Assembly (NCBI GenBank): GCA_025054695.1 | Contig: JANWZI010000009.1 | Span: 2,945-66,944 of the forward strand | DNA from: Myxococcota bacterium | GTDB taxonomy: Bacteria > Myxococcota_A > Polyangia > Polyangiales > JANWZI01 | Direction: 5' to 3' | DNA: 64,000 nt | Shown here: positions 10,479-21,450 of the stretch, piece after piece | How the letters are laid out: the number at the start of each line of letters is the position of its first letter | Position numbering within the stretch: position 1 is the first letter of the stretch | The notes under the pieces: generated by a model | Database searches by the model: none | The model's input: the letters and a program-made list of their open reading frames with translations, nothing else | Told to the model about the DNA's origin: nothing | Program-made: the position numbers and the translations under genes

Positions 10479-12281
10479 TCAGAGCGACAGGCGGGCCCGC
10501 TGGCGCTTGCGCAGTTGCCAGCGAACGACGCCGAAGAGGGCCACCGCGGCCGGCAGCCCCAGCATGTTGCCCCAGCGGTAGCGCGCCTTGCGTGCGTCCC
10601 ACTCTTCGAGGGCGCGCTTGCCCCGCTCGAGCGCCGCATCGCGCTCCCGGACGCGTGCCTCGGCCGTCTGCTCGTCGCCCTGCGCCGCCGCCTCGAGCGC
10701 GCTCCGGTGCGCCTCGAGGGCGTCCTGTTCCGCCTGGCGCACGTTTTGCGGGACGTCGAGCGGCGAGTCCGCGATGTTCTTCGCGCGGACGGCGATGAGG
10801 TCGTCGTCCTGGGCGAGCCAGTCGATGGCGTTCAGCGCGACGCCGAGCGGCCCGGATAGATTGCAATCCGTCTCGCCGTGACCCTGCGGCCCCTGGATCT
10901 CGTCGCGCAGCAGGAAGCTGCCGCCGACCACGAAGACGCGCACGTCTCGCTCGGCGCGCGCGGGTGCCTCGACGGCCGGCGCCTCGGGCGCCGCATTCTC
11001 CGCCCCGGCGTCCGGCGCGCTCATCTGGCCGCTGGGCGTCTGCGATCCGCCGAACGCGCTCGGGAGCTTGCCCTCGATCGCCACGATGAGGGGGAATGGC
11101 CCCGCGGGTCCCTCCATGCGCCATTCCTGGGGCGGGCGCGGCCGCAACGAGACACTCGCTTCTTCATACGTCCAGCTTTGCCCTTCGTCGCTCGAGCGCG
11201 CGAGGGTTCGCACGCGGATTTGCGAATCGTTCGTCGGCACGAGGCGGAGCGGCGAGACGAACGGCAAGTGCGCTCCGTCGAGCCGGAACGTGGCCGGATG
11301 TTCGCGCGCCGCCTCGTCGAAGCGGACGATGGGAATGACCGGATGCGGTACCAGAACGGGAATCCCGAGACGCGAGGGCATCGGCACGCGCCCACAGCGG
11401 GCGTCGGCCACGAGGCCCTCGCGCACCTCGACGCCCCAGCGCCGCAGCAGACGATTGAGACCCGTATCGACCGATTGCGCGCTCGGATCGAAGCCTTCGA
11501 GGTCGATCTTCATCGATCCGCCGAATACGCCGAGTGAGCCGCCCCGCATGACGTATTGATTGATGTACCGCAGCTCCGTCTCCGACAGCGGCGTGCGGGG
11601 CTCGACGACGAGCAACGCGCGTAGGTCGCGTGCGATCTCGCTCGTGGCGGACACCTCGCGGACGTCGTACGTCGGCAGACAATCACGCAGTCGAGACAGG
11701 CCTTTGGACAGCGTCGGTCCATCGTGGCCGCCGAGCAGACCGATCGGGGTCCGGTCGCCCACGAGCTCCTTGATCTTCATCGTGAGCTGGTACTCAAGCC
11801 CCTCGGTGCTCTCGATGGCCGGGATCACCTCGCTGCGGTCGAGGTAGCGCAACACGAGCCCGCGATAGCCCTCGACCTGCTGCACCGAATCGTTGCGGAC
11901 CGTCGTATGCGCCACGCGTACGACGCCGTCGCGCTCGGCTTGTTCCTTCTCGTCGTCCGTATCCGGCCGCACGAGCTTGACGACGAGCCGGCCGTTGCTC
12001 GCCGCGCGGTACTCGTCGAGCAGATCGAGCACGTGGCGCTCGGTCGCATTGTGCGGCGGTGGCAAATCCTCGGTGAAGTACGCGGTCACCTCGAGCGTGT
12101 CGGTCAACCGCTGCGCGACCTTGCGCGATCCGTCCGAGAGCGAGAACAGCCCCTTCTCGGTCAGGTCGAGGCGGTGGTGGACGAAGAAGCCGACCACGTT
12201 GAGCGCGACGAGGATGCCGCCGATGAGCAGCAGGAAACCCAACGACTCGCTCGCGGTGCGGACGCGTCGACTGGACAGCAC
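10479..12281 (-). CDS. GldG-like ABC transporter auxiliary protein
   Basis: RLDLTEKGLFSLS, LEYQLT, GGHDG, QYVMRGG, NAIDWL, C-terminal TM helix. Confidence 0.85.
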   Translation of the reverse strand: MLSSRRVRTASESLGFLLLIGGILVALNVVGFFVHHRLDLTEKGLFSLSDGSRKVAQRLTDTLEVTAYFTEDLPPPHNATERHVLDLLDEYRAASNGRLVVKLVRPDTDDEKEQAERDGVVRVAHTTVRNDSVQQVEGYRGLVLRYLDRSEVIPAIESTEGLEYQLTMKIKELVGDRTPIGLLGGHDGPTLSKGLSRLRDCLPTYDVREVSATSEIARDLRALLVVEPRTPLSETELRYINQYVMRGGSLGVFGGSMKIDLEGFDPSAQSVDTGLNRLLRRWGVEVREGLVADARCGRVPMPSRLGIPVLVPHPVIPIVRFDEAAREHPATFRLDGAHLPFVSPLRLVPTNDSQIRVRTLARSSDEGQSWTYEEASVSLRPRPPQEWRMEGPAGPFPLIVAIEGKLPSAFGGSQTPSGQMSAPDAGAENAAPEAPAVEAPARAERDVRVFVVGGSFLLRDEIQGPQGHGETDCNLSGPLGVALNAIDWLAQDDDLIAVRAKNIADSPLDVPQNVRQAEQDALEAHRSALEAAAQGDEQTAEARVRERDAALERGKRALEEWDARKARYRWGNMLGLPAAVALFGVVRWQLRKRQRARLSL

Positions 12282-12284
12282 GGC

Positions 12285-12998
12285 TCACCTCCAGCGCCGG
12301 CTCTCGAGCGAGCGGAACGCGAGCAGCAGCGCAAAGCCCGTCAGCGAGAGGAAATAGACGACGTCGCGCGTATCGACGACGCCGCGCGTCATCGGGGTCA
12401 GGTGCCGATCGAAGGAGAGCCACTCGACCACGCTCGTCACGAGGCCGCGCGGGAGGAACGGAAGAATGCGGTCGGCGAACCAGAACGCGAAGTTGAGGAT
12501 CAAGCCGACGAAGAACGCCACGACCTGGTTGTCCGTCCAGCTCGAGGCGAGCAGCCCGATCGAGAGCATCGCGGCACCCTGCAGGAACAGGCCGAGATAG
12601 CCACTCCAGACGGGACCCCAGTCGAGGTTGCCGAACTGCGAGACGGCGATCGGGTAGACGAACGTGATGGCGAGGAAGACGACGTATAGCCCGAGCACGC
12701 CGAGCAGCTTGCCGACGATCACGTCGGCGTCGCGCACCGGCATCGTGAGCAGCAGCTCGATGCTGCCCGTGCGCTTCTCCTCGGCGATGAGGTTCATCGT
12801 GAGGGCGGGGGCCGCGACGACGAGCATCACGGAGACGAGCTCGTACAGATTGCGCACGCTCGTGACGCCCTGCAGGAAGAACGTCTGCCAGAAGAAGAAG
12901 CCCAGAAAGCCGAGCATCAGGCAGACGACGATGTAGGCCGCGGGCCCGTTGAAGTAGCTGGCGAGTTGCCGCCGCGCGATGACGAGCGTCGTACGCAT
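12285..12998 (-). CDS. GldF-like ABC transporter permease
   Basis: RRQLASYFNGPAAY, AEEKRTGSIELLLTMP, multiple TM helices. Confidence 0.9.
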   Translation of the reverse strand: MRTTLVIARRQLASYFNGPAAYIVVCLMLGFLGFFFWQTFFLQGVTSVRNLYELVSVMLVVAAPALTMNLIAEEKRTGSIELLLTMPVRDADVIVGKLLGVLGLYVVFLAITFVYPIAVSQFGNLDWGPVWSGYLGLFLQGAAMLSIGLLASSWTDNQVVAFFVGLILNFAFWFADRILPFLPRGLVTSVVEWLSFDRHLTPMTRGVVDTRDVVYFLSLTGFALLLAFRSLESRRWR

Positions 12999-13001
12999 CG
13001 A

Positions 13002-14096
13002 TCATCCCTTCCCATCCGCCGCGGCGTCCCGCGTAGGCGCCTGCGGCTCGTCCGCGCTTCCCTCGGTCGGGGGCGCCTCGGAAGCCGCTCGCCGTGCCGG
13101 GCCGGCACCCCCCTCCGGCCTCGCCGTGGCCTGGCTCTGGGCGTCCCCGCCGAGCGTCAGCTCGCGGAAGATACCCTCGAGGTTCTGCCCCTCGCGTCGC
13201 AGCTCCAGCAGGACGAGCCCCGCGTCTACCGCGGCGCGGAACAGCTCGGCGCGCAGGTCGCGATCCGACGACGGCTCGATCTCGAAGCTCACCTCCCGCG
13301 CGTCGGCGCCGTCCAACGGACGCACGGCGTCGACGCCCTCGATGCGCCCGAAGGCCTCGCGCGCCGCCTCCCGCTTGCCGTTCGAGGCGGCCACCGTCAC
13401 GCGGTAGCGAGCCCTTCCGCCGCGCGCGCGCAGCGCCTCGGGAGTGTCGTCCGCCACGATGCGCCCGCGCGCGATGATGAGCACGCGGCTGCAGGCCACC
13501 TGGACCTCGGCGAGATTGTGGGTGCTCAAAATCACCGTGCGCTCGCGTCCGATCTCGCGGATGAGGTCCCGGATTTCGACGGCCTGGTTGGGGTCCAGCC
13601 CGCTCATCGGCTCGTCGAGGATCAGGATGGGCGGCTCGTGCAACAGGGCCTGAGCGAGACCGACGCGCTGCCGAAAGCCCTTGGAAAGCTCGCGGATCTG
13701 CCGCGAGACGACCTCACCGAGGCGCGTGGCCTCGACGGCCTTGCGAATCTTGCGGCTCGCCTCCTCACCCTTCAGGCCGCGTACGTCGGCGACCCACCTC
13801 AGGTATTCGAGGACGAGCATGTCGGGATAGAGCGGGTTGTGCTCGGGGAGGTATCCGAGCGCGCGGCGCACGCCCATCGGGTCGTCGAACACATCGCAGC
13901 CGGCCACGCGGGCAGTTCCTTCCGTCGGCGCGATGAAGCACGTCAGGATCTTCATCGTCGTCGTCTTGCCCGCCCCATTCGGACCGAGAAAGCCGAGGAC
14001 CTCGCCCCGGCGGACGTCGAACGAAACCTTCGAGAGCGCCGTCACGGACCCGTAGCGCTTGGTCAGTTCCCGCGCTTCGATCATCACGTCGGTCAT
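13002..14096 (-). CDS. GldA-like ABC transporter ATP-binding protein
   Basis: GPNGAGKTT, LSKGFRQRVG signature, ILDEP, STH. Confidence 0.93.
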   Translation of the reverse strand: MTDVMIEARELTKRYGSVTALSKVSFDVRRGEVLGFLGPNGAGKTTTMKILTCFIAPTEGTARVAGCDVFDDPMGVRRALGYLPEHNPLYPDMLVLEYLRWVADVRGLKGEEASRKIRKAVEATRLGEVVSRQIRELSKGFRQRVGLAQALLHEPPILILDEPMSGLDPNQAVEIRDLIREIGRERTVILSTHNLAEVQVACSRVLIIARGRIVADDTPEALRARGGRARYRVTVAASNGKREAAREAFGRIEGVDAVRPLDGADAREVSFEIEPSSDRDLRAELFRAAVDAGLVLLELRREGQNLEGIFRELTLGGDAQSQATARPEGGAGPARRAASEAPPTEGSADEPQAPTRDAAADGKG

Positions 14097-14349
14097 GGAC
14101 CGTGGCCTCCCGTCGGGGCCGCGACTGTAACCGCGACCCCCCCGCCGTCAAGCGCCGCGCCGGGCGATCCGGCCTGCGCCGACGCTCCATCGAACCGCTG
14201 GCGCCCGCGAGCCATTCCAGGCCGGCCGGGGCTCCAGACGAGGCCGTGGAGCCGCGCGGAGCTGACGCCACGACCCACCTATGGGCCCTTGAAGTGGGGC
14301 AGGAGCGGTGCACGGTGCTACGATGGATGAAGCCACCGAGGGGTACGTC

Positions 14350-16923
14350 ATGAGCCCGAAGCGCCTTGCCTGCCGCTTCTGCCTTCTGCTCGCGCTCGCC
14401 ACCGGAGCATGCGGCCGAACGGAGATGGATCTCTTCCGCGACGGAGCGCCGTCGGATTTCGACGCGGGACCCGATGCGGCCTTCGACGGGGGCGACGGCG
14501 GGGATGCGGCCGATGCGGCCGACGCGGCAGACGCCGCGGACGCGGACAACGGCGCCACGGATGCATCGGACGGCGGCGATGGCGGAGACGGGGGCGCCGA
14601 ATGCACGAGGGACGAGGATTGCGACGACGGGCTGGCCTGCAACGGTCGGCCCCGATGCCTCGACGGGTTCTGCGTCACGCCGTTGCCGGTCCCGTGCGAC
14701 GACGGAGTGGACTGCACGACCGACACGTGCGTCGAGCCCGACGGACGCTGCGACCACTCGCCGGACCACACCCGCTGCCCCCCGGGCCAGCTCTGCGATC
14801 CGGTCGACGGATGCGTGTCGATGGGATGTCGCACCGACGCCGACTGCGACGATGGACTCGTCTGCAACGGTCGCGAGCGCTGTGCCCGCGGCATGTGCAC
14901 GGGCGGGGAGCCGCTGCGGTGCGAGGATGCGGTCCCGTGCACGATGGACCGATGCGACGAGGCGGCCGGCGGCTGCGCCCACGTCCCCCTGGACGCCTTG
15001 TGCGATGACGGCGCGTTCTGCAACGGCACCGAGCGATGCGACCCGACGCGAGGCTGCCGACGCGGCCGGCCTGTCATGTGCGACGATCGCGATCCGTGCA
15101 CGACGGACCGATGCGACGAGACGTCGCGCGCGTGCGCCTCGACCCCGCTCGACGCCGACGCCGACGGTCATTCGCCGGTCTCGTGCGGTGGGTCGGACTG
15201 CGACGATGCGAACCCGCGCGTCCACCCGATGGCACGGGAGACGTGCACCGGCGGCATCGACGAGGACTGCGACGGCCTTTCCGACTGCAGCGACATGGAC
15301 TGCGCGACGGACCCGGCCTGCCGCATGTGCACGCCCGAGCTGTGCACCGGCGGCCGCGACGAGGACTGCGACCGCCTCGTCGATTGCCGCGACCCCGATT
15401 GCGCCGCCGACCCCGCCTGCGCGAGCTGCGTGCCGCGCCCCGAGAACACCGCGGCCGCGTGCGCCAACGGCGCCGACGACGACTGCGACCGCCTCGTCGA
15501 CTGCCGCGACCCCGACTGCGCGAGTCAGCCGAGCTGTGCGATGTGCACGCCCGAGGTGTGCACCGGCGGCCGCGACGAGGACTGCGACCGCCTCGTCGAT
15601 TGCCGCGATTCCGACTGCGCGAGCCATCCGGCATGCGGTGTGTGCGCCTCTCGCGAGTCGCGCTGCGCCGACGGGATCGACGACGACTGCGACGGCCGTT
15701 TCGATTGCAGCGACACCGACTGCGCGACGGACCCCGCCTGCGCCGTCTGTGGGCGCGAGAGTTGCCGCGACGGCCGCGACAACGACTGCGACGGGCTCGT
15801 CGATTGCGCGGACGGCGACTGCGTTCGAGCGCCGGGCTGCGCGACCTGCACCGTCGAGACGTGCCGCAACGGCCGCGACGACGACTGCGACGGCCGGGTC
15901 GACTGCGACGACGAGGACTGCGCGTCTTCGCCGGCCTGCCGGTTGTGCCTGCCCGTCGAGATCTGCGGCACGGGCGTCGACGACGACTGCAATGGGCTCG
16001 CCGATTGCGACGATCCGGCCTGTGCCGGCGATCCGAGCTGCCGGCCCGGCTGCACGCCCACCGAGACGGCGTGTCGGGACGGCCGAGACAACGATTGAGA
16101 CGGCACGATCGACTGCTCCGATTCCGACTGCGCCTCGCGGCCGATCTGCCGCTTCTGTTTGCCGTTCGAAGCGTGTCGCAGCGGCTTCGACGAGGACTGC
16201 GACGGCCTGTTCGACTGCGACGACCCGGACTGCGACGACGACCCGGCGTGCCGGATCTGCCGGCCTCGCGAGACGGTCTGCACCGACGGAGTCGACGACG
16301 ACTGCGACGGCCTGACCGACTGCGTAGATCCGGAGTGTGCGCGCGCGCCGGGCTGCGCGCCGCCCTGCGCGCCGCGCGAGACGGCCTGCAGCGACGGGCG
16401 GGACGAGGACTGCGACATGCTCGTGGACTGCCGGGATCCGGATTGCGCGGTCGATCCGCGGTGCCGGCCGACGGCCGATGGCGGCGTCCCGCCCCGCGAC
16501 GGAGGGACGCCGCGCGATTCGGGCGTACCGCCGCGCGACGCGGGGACGCCGAGCGACGCCGGGGCGATGTGCACGACGATGGAGCTCGGCGTCGCCGCAT
16601 GCACGAACATGCGCGACGACGACTGCGACCGGCGCACCGACTGCGCCGATCCGGACTGCTCGCCCTGGGGGCCGAGCGGCGAGTGCTGCAATGGGCTCGA
16701 CGACGACGGCGACGGCTGGACGGATTTGTTCGCGTGTCGCTGCCGCGACAACGCCGATTGCGCCGGTGTCGGCACGACACCGCTCGTCTGCTGGACCGAG
16801 ACGTACTCGGTGTGCGCACCGCCGTGCAATGCGTACGGCGGCGAGGCGTACTGCGACATGATCGATCCGGCGATGCGCTGCGTCACGAGCGGGCCGCTCG
16901 CCGGCCAGTGCGTCTACCCCTGA
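14350..16923 (+). CDS. Cys/Asp-rich repeat lipoprotein interrupted by one in-frame TGA at 16096-16098 (recoded, pseudogene or sequence error)
   Basis: Lipobox LALATGAC; CDDG..CT.D.C repeats, then 13 D[END]DCD..DC repeats; ORFs 14308-16098 and 16159-16923 share a frame and the repeat continues through the stop. Confidence 0.8.
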
Positions 16924-17000
16924 GCGGACGAGGCACCGCGCGGCGACGCGGCGAGCGTCGGGCGTACTCGAAGGTGCGCACGCGGGACGGGGTCTCGAGG

Positions 17001-17843
17001 ATGGCCGACGGAGGCAACCAGTGGCTCGATGCGGCCCGCGGGGCCCTCGAAGTTGCGCGCGAGGCCGGGGCGCTGCTTCTTTCGCGCTGGCGTTCGCCGG
17101 CCGCACGCGTCGTGCGCCACAAGGGACGGGTCGACCTCGTCACCGAGCAGGACCTCGCCTCCGAGCGGCTCGTACGCCGAGCGCTCGCGGCGCGATTCCC
17201 GGGGCATGCCATCGTCGCCGAGGAAGAAGACGGGCCCGCTGCGGGGACGGGGCGCGCGGGCGAGCGCGAGGCGCTCTGCTGGTGGGTCGATCCGCTCGAC
17301 GGAACGACCAACTACGCCCACGGGCACCCGTTCTTCTCCGTCTCGCTGGGTCTGATGCGCGGCTCCGAGCTTCTGGCGGCGGTCATCGTCGCTCCCGCCC
17401 TCGGCCTCGAGTGGCACGGGGCGCGAGGCGCGGGCGCCTACCGCAACGGCGAGCGGTGTCGCGTCTCCGAGGTCGAACGCCTCGAAGACGCGCTGCTCGC
17501 GACGGGATTCCCCTACGACCGCCGCACTCGCCCGGACGACAATCTGCGTCGGTTCGCCCACGTCGAGAAGCACGAGTGCCAGGGCATCCGGCGCTGTGGC
17601 TCGGCGGCCATCGATCTCGCGTTCGTGGCCGACGGCACGTACGACGGCTACTGGGAACACGGCCTGAACGGATGGGACATGGCCGCCGGCGCGTTGCTCG
17701 TGCTCGAGGCGGGCGGTCGGCTCACCGACCTCGACGGTGGCGCGCCGGACCCGCGCACGGGGCGTCTGGTCGCGACGAACGGTCGCGTGCACGATGCGCT
17801 GCTCGACGCGCTCGCGAGGGCATCCGACTCGCCTGCCCCGTGA
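17001..17843 (+). CDS. suhB: Inositol monophosphatase family protein
   Basis: DLVTEQD, AEEE, WWVDPLDGTTNYAHG, ATGFPY, RRCGSAA, WDMAAG. Confidence 0.92.
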   Translation: MADGGNQWLDAARGALEVAREAGALLLSRWRSPAARVVRHKGRVDLVTEQDLASERLVRRALAARFPGHAIVAEEEDGPAAGTGRAGEREALCWWVDPLDGTTNYAHGHPFFSVSLGLMRGSELLAAVIVAPALGLEWHGARGAGAYRNGERCRVSEVERLEDALLATGFPYDRRTRPDDNLRRFAHVEKHECQGIRRCGSAAIDLAFVADGTYDGYWEHGLNGWDMAAGALLVLEAGGRLTDLDGGAPDPRTGRLVATNGRVHDALLDALARASDSPAP

Positions 17844-17852
17844 CGACGGAAC

Positions 17853-17886
17853 CTCGGGCTCGGTCTCCGACTCGGTCTCGGACTCG
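17853..17886 (-). repeat. Degenerate hexamer array R2 (5-6 units)
   Basis: ctcgggctcggtctccgactcggtctcggactcg, about 10 nt after the suhB stop. Confidence 0.75.
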
Positions 17887-18039
17887 TAATACCCTTCGAT
17901 AAACATCGACTCATCCGACCGCCGCCGTGAGAGCCGTAGACGACACGACATCCCCACCCCCCCCTCGCGATCGTGAACCGCGCCGGGGTATCCTGTCCCG
18001 TAGACAGCCCCGAGGCCCGGCGGGGCGGGAAGGCGTGCC

Positions 18040-19989
18040 GTGCGACGCCACGTGGGTCCGTACGTTCTCGAACAGCGGCTCGCGACCGGCGGAATGGCCG
18101 AGGTGTTCGTCGCGCGCCGCCCCGGGCCGCACGGCTTCCGCAAGCGCGTCGCGCTCAAGCGCATCCTTCCGCAGTACGCCCGCGATCCCGACTTCGTCGC
18201 GATGTTCGTCGACGAGGCGCGGATTTGCGCGCAGCTCGACCATCCCAACCTCGTGCAGGTCTTCGACTTCGGCGAGGCCGACGGCGAGCTGTACATCGCG
18301 ATGGAGTACGTCGACGGCTCGAGCGTCAACCGCTTGCTGCGCGCGGTGGCGGCCCGCGGCGAGGCCGTCCCAGAAGAGGTCGTGCTCCACGTGGGATCGC
18401 AGTGCGCACACGCGCTCGATCACGTCCATCGCGCGGTCGACGAGCAGGGGCGGCCGCTCGGCCTCGTCCACCGGGACGTCAGCCCCGCCAACGTGCTGCT
18501 GTCGCGCACGGGGCACGTCAAGCTCGCCGACTTCGGCATCGCGCTCTCGAGCGGCAAGCGCGCACGCACCGACGAGGGGCACGTGCGCGGCAAGCTCGGA
18601 TACATGTCGCCCGAGCAGGTGGTCGGTCGCGCGCTCGACGGTCGGAGCGACGTGTTCACGCTGTGCACGGTCCTCGCCGAGATGCTGCTGGCCGAGCCCC
18701 TGTTCGGCACGGGCAACGACGTGGACGTGCTGGTTCGCATCCGGGACGCGGACGTCTCGCGCCTGAACCGTGCGCTGCGGCGCGTGCCCCGAGACGTCGT
18801 CGAGGTCGTCCGCACGGGGCTGGCACGTCGACCCGAGGATCGGCCGACGGCGCGCGAGCTGGCCGTCGCCATCGACTCGGTGCGTCGCCGACGGGGCCTC
18901 GTCCGCGGTCCGGAGCGCACAGCGGCGTTGCTGCAACGCCTGGAGCTCGTGACGCCGAGCCCGGCCGACCGCGGCGCCGTCGAAGCCGGCGCGCGGCCGA
19001 CCACGTTGCTCGATCCCGTCGGTCTGGCCTCCGAGACGTTGCCTCAGGTCGTGGACCTGTCGGCGCCTGCTCCCCAGCTCTACGAGATCGCGGGACGGGC
19101 CGGTTCCGTGAGCTTTCCCGAGCTCGTACGCCTGATCACGCTCGGTGCGGTCGGCCCGCAGACGCCCGTGCGCCGTCACGGCGGCGAGGCACGGCCCGCC
19201 GCCGAGCTTCCCGAGCTCGTTCGCATCGTCTGTTCACCGGGCCGCACGTGGCCGGGCGACGTGCTCGTGCGGAGCGAGCGGCGTGGCGTGCTCGACGGCG
19301 CGAGCCTGGTGCACGTCGTACATCGGTTGTGCACCGAAGGGGCCACCGGTGCCCTCTATCTGTTCGATGGGGACCGGCGCAAGAAGATCTACTTCGTCGA
19401 AGGGCGTCCGGAATTCGTCACCTCGACGGACCCCTCGGAGCTGCTCGGAGAGTTTCTCGTGACCACGGGGCGCTGTCTGCGCATGGAGGTCGACATGGGG
19501 CTCGCCGTCATGTCCCGGCACGGCGGCCGGCTCGGTGACGCGCTGGTCGCCCTCGGCATCCTGCGCCCCGCGGAGCTGTACGCGGCCATCTGGGAGCAGG
19601 TGCGGGCGCGCTACCTCGAAGCGTTCCGGTGGGACCGCGGCCAGTGGGCCTTCGTCGGCGGCGAGCGCAGCGGCGAAGAAGTGCTACCGGGCACCCACGA
19701 TCCCCGAGAGCTGTTGCGCGACGCGGCGCGCGAAAGCGACGTCGCCCGTCTGGCCGCCCGTCACGCCGCACTCGAGAACCGCCGGTTGCTGGGCAATCCC
19801 CGCGCGCCCGTCCCGCTCGCGCTGTACCGCGTCCCGCCGGCATGGACCCGCGTGCTGTCCGTGCCGCTCGAGGGGACGACCGTGGGCGCCGTGCTCGACT
19901 CCGAGCGCCGCCGCGGCCCGCGTTCGCTCGACGAGGCACACCGCGCGTTGCACCTGGGACTCTCTTGCGAGTTGCTGCTCGCAGCCTGA
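18040..19989 (+). CDS. Hanks-type Ser/Thr protein kinase with C-terminal DUF4388-like domain
   Basis: LATGGMAEVF, VALK, HRDVSPANVL, DFG, YMSPEQ; C-terminal TGALYL..KKIYFVEGRP..LLGEFLV. Confidence 0.9.
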   Translation: MRRHVGPYVLEQRLATGGMAEVFVARRPGPHGFRKRVALKRILPQYARDPDFVAMFVDEARICAQLDHPNLVQVFDFGEADGELYIAMEYVDGSSVNRLLRAVAARGEAVPEEVVLHVGSQCAHALDHVHRAVDEQGRPLGLVHRDVSPANVLLSRTGHVKLADFGIALSSGKRARTDEGHVRGKLGYMSPEQVVGRALDGRSDVFTLCTVLAEMLLAEPLFGTGNDVDVLVRIRDADVSRLNRALRRVPRDVVEVVRTGLARRPEDRPTARELAVAIDSVRRRRGLVRGPERTAALLQRLELVTPSPADRGAVEAGARPTTLLDPVGLASETLPQVVDLSAPAPQLYEIAGRAGSVSFPELVRLITLGAVGPQTPVRRHGGEARPAAELPELVRIVCSPGRTWPGDVLVRSERRGVLDGASLVHVVHRLCTEGATGALYLFDGDRRKKIYFVEGRPEFVTSTDPSELLGEFLVTTGRCLRMEVDMGLAVMSRHGGRLGDALVALGILRPAELYAAIWEQVRARYLEAFRWDRGQWAFVGGERSGEEVLPGTHDPRELLRDAARESDVARLAARHAALENRRLLGNPRAPVPLALYRVPPAWTRVLSVPLEGTTVGAVLDSERRRGPRSLDEAHRALHLGLSCELLLAA

Positions 19990-20030
19990 GAGCACCGCAC
20001 CGAGCCCTCGCTCCGTAGCTGGAGTGGGAG

Positions 20031-20148
20031 CTCGGGATCGCGCTCGGACTCGGACTCGGTCTCGGTCTCGGTCTCGGACTCGGACTCGCTCTCGGTCTCG
20101 GTCTCGGTCTCGGACTCGGTCTCCGACTCGGACTGTGGCTCGTACTCG
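20031..20148 (-). repeat. Degenerate hexamer array R3 (about 19 units)
   Basis: Runs of ctcgga/ctcggt between the convergent kinase and glycosyltransferase genes. Confidence 0.9.
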
Positions 20149-20206
20149 AGAAGATCCCCGCCGTCTCGGCCCTCGTCGACCGCAACGGAGAGCGCGCTGG
20201 CTGGCG

Positions 20207-21418
20207 TCACGGGGCGCGGCTCGCGCAGGCCGCCGCCCACGGAGCCACGTCGCGCCCCGGGGCGCGTGCGTACAGACGCGTGCCCGCGCTCAGTCGCACG
20301 CGGGTTCCGCGCCAGCGCACGTGCCGGAACGGCGGCGTCGCGATGCCCACGAGGGTCACGAGCACGTCGCGCAAGGGTCCGACGAAGACGGGCTGCCACA
20401 GGCCGGCGCGGCCGTGCAACGCGAGGTGGTGCGTCGCGTCGCGCGCCGCAGTCAACAGCAGCGCGCCACCGAGCGCGACCGTCCACGGCACACCGCACAG
20501 TGGAGCGAGCGCGGCCAGAACGATTGGTCGAAGCAGGGGCTCGAGCAGGAAGGCGACCGGCTGCAATCGCCAACGCATCATCGACCAGCGCAGTTGACGC
20601 TGCAGGAAACCGCGCACCGTCGTCTGCACCGTGACGTTGTCGACGACGTCCGCGGCGATCCGCACACGCCAGCCGGCTTCGTGGAACATCCGCCCCATCA
20701 CGTAGTCCTCGGCGAGCACGCTGGAGACGCTTTCGAACCCTCCGAGCGCCTCGAAGACCGAGCGCCGGAACATCATCGACTTGCCCATCACGACCGGATG
20801 GATCGCCAGCAGCGTGGGCAGAGCGACGGCCGCGACGATCTCGCCGTCGAGGTGCGCGTTCTCGAGCGCGGCGCCGATCGTCCGAGCGCCGCGACCGCGC
20901 ACGGGCGTCGTCACCAGGCCGGTCCCAGCTCGCTCGAGCTCGCGCTGCATCGCGCGCAGGTACCCGCGACCCGCACGCACGTTCGAGTCGCTGATCACGA
21001 GCACGTCGTGCGTCGCTCCGACGGCTTCGAGCATCGCGCGCAGGTTCGCCACCTTGGGGTTAAGGCCGGGGCCCCCATCGTGAACCACCAACCGGGCCTG
21101 CACGTGCGGGTAGGCCGCGATCAGTCGCCGCACGACGGCCACGGCCGGGTCCGAAGCCCCACGTACCCCGAAGACGATCTCGAACCGAGGGTGGTCCTGC
21201 TCGAAGAAGCTACGCAGGTTGTCCTCGAGCTCCGGGTCGACGCCGCAAAGCGGCTTCAGGACGGTCACGCCTTGCAGGGCATCGTCCGACGACGGAGCCG
21301 TCGATGCGCGTGATGACGTCGCACGGCGGCGGCGTCGGCAGACGTGTACGACCGCGACGGCGCCGGCGACGGTCCACGAGATGCTTGCCATTGCTAGCAG
21401 GATCCATACGGTAGTCAT
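20207..21418 (-). CDS. Ceramide glucosyltransferase / HpnI-like GT2 glycosyltransferase
   Basis: VTVLKPLCG, NPKVANL, ISDSNV, LAEDY, RQLRW; N-terminal TM helix. Confidence 0.88.
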   Translation of the reverse strand: MTTVWILLAMASISWTVAGAVAVVHVCRRRRRATSSRASTAPSSDDALQGVTVLKPLCGVDPELEDNLRSFFEQDHPRFEIVFGVRGASDPAVAVVRRLIAAYPHVQARLVVHDGGPGLNPKVANLRAMLEAVGATHDVLVISDSNVRAGRGYLRAMQRELERAGTGLVTTPVRGRGARTIGAALENAHLDGEIVAAVALPTLLAIHPVVMGKSMMFRRSVFEALGGFESVSSVLAEDYVMGRMFHEAGWRVRIAADVVDNVTVQTTVRGFLQRQLRWSMMRWRLQPVAFLLEPLLRPIVLAALAPLCGVPWTVALGGALLLTAARDATHHLALHGRAGLWQPVFVGPLRDVLVTLVGIATPPFRHVRWRGTRVRLSAGTRLYARAPGRDVAPWAAACASRAP

Positions 21419-21434
21419 ACGATTTCGGCCACTT

Positions 21435-21450
21435 AGCCGGAATTGTGCCA
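21435..21450 (-). promoter_or_regulatory. Candidate sigma54 (-24/-12) promoter
   Basis: Minus strand TGGCACAATTCCGGCT fits GG-N10-GC, in an AT-richer patch just upstream of the glycosyltransferase. Confidence 0.4.

Noticed and set aside
15240-16460. Periodic DNA repeats (gacgaggactgcgac...) resembling a CRISPR array
   Set aside because: In-frame coding repeats of the Cys-rich protein with codon-level variation; no cas genes
13765-17106. Very long antisense or alternate-frame ORFs (also 43254..47006, 44320..47106, 57922..61788, 29059..31758)
   Set aside because: Shadow ORFs expected at this GC content; they overlap motif-supported genes and carry no motifs
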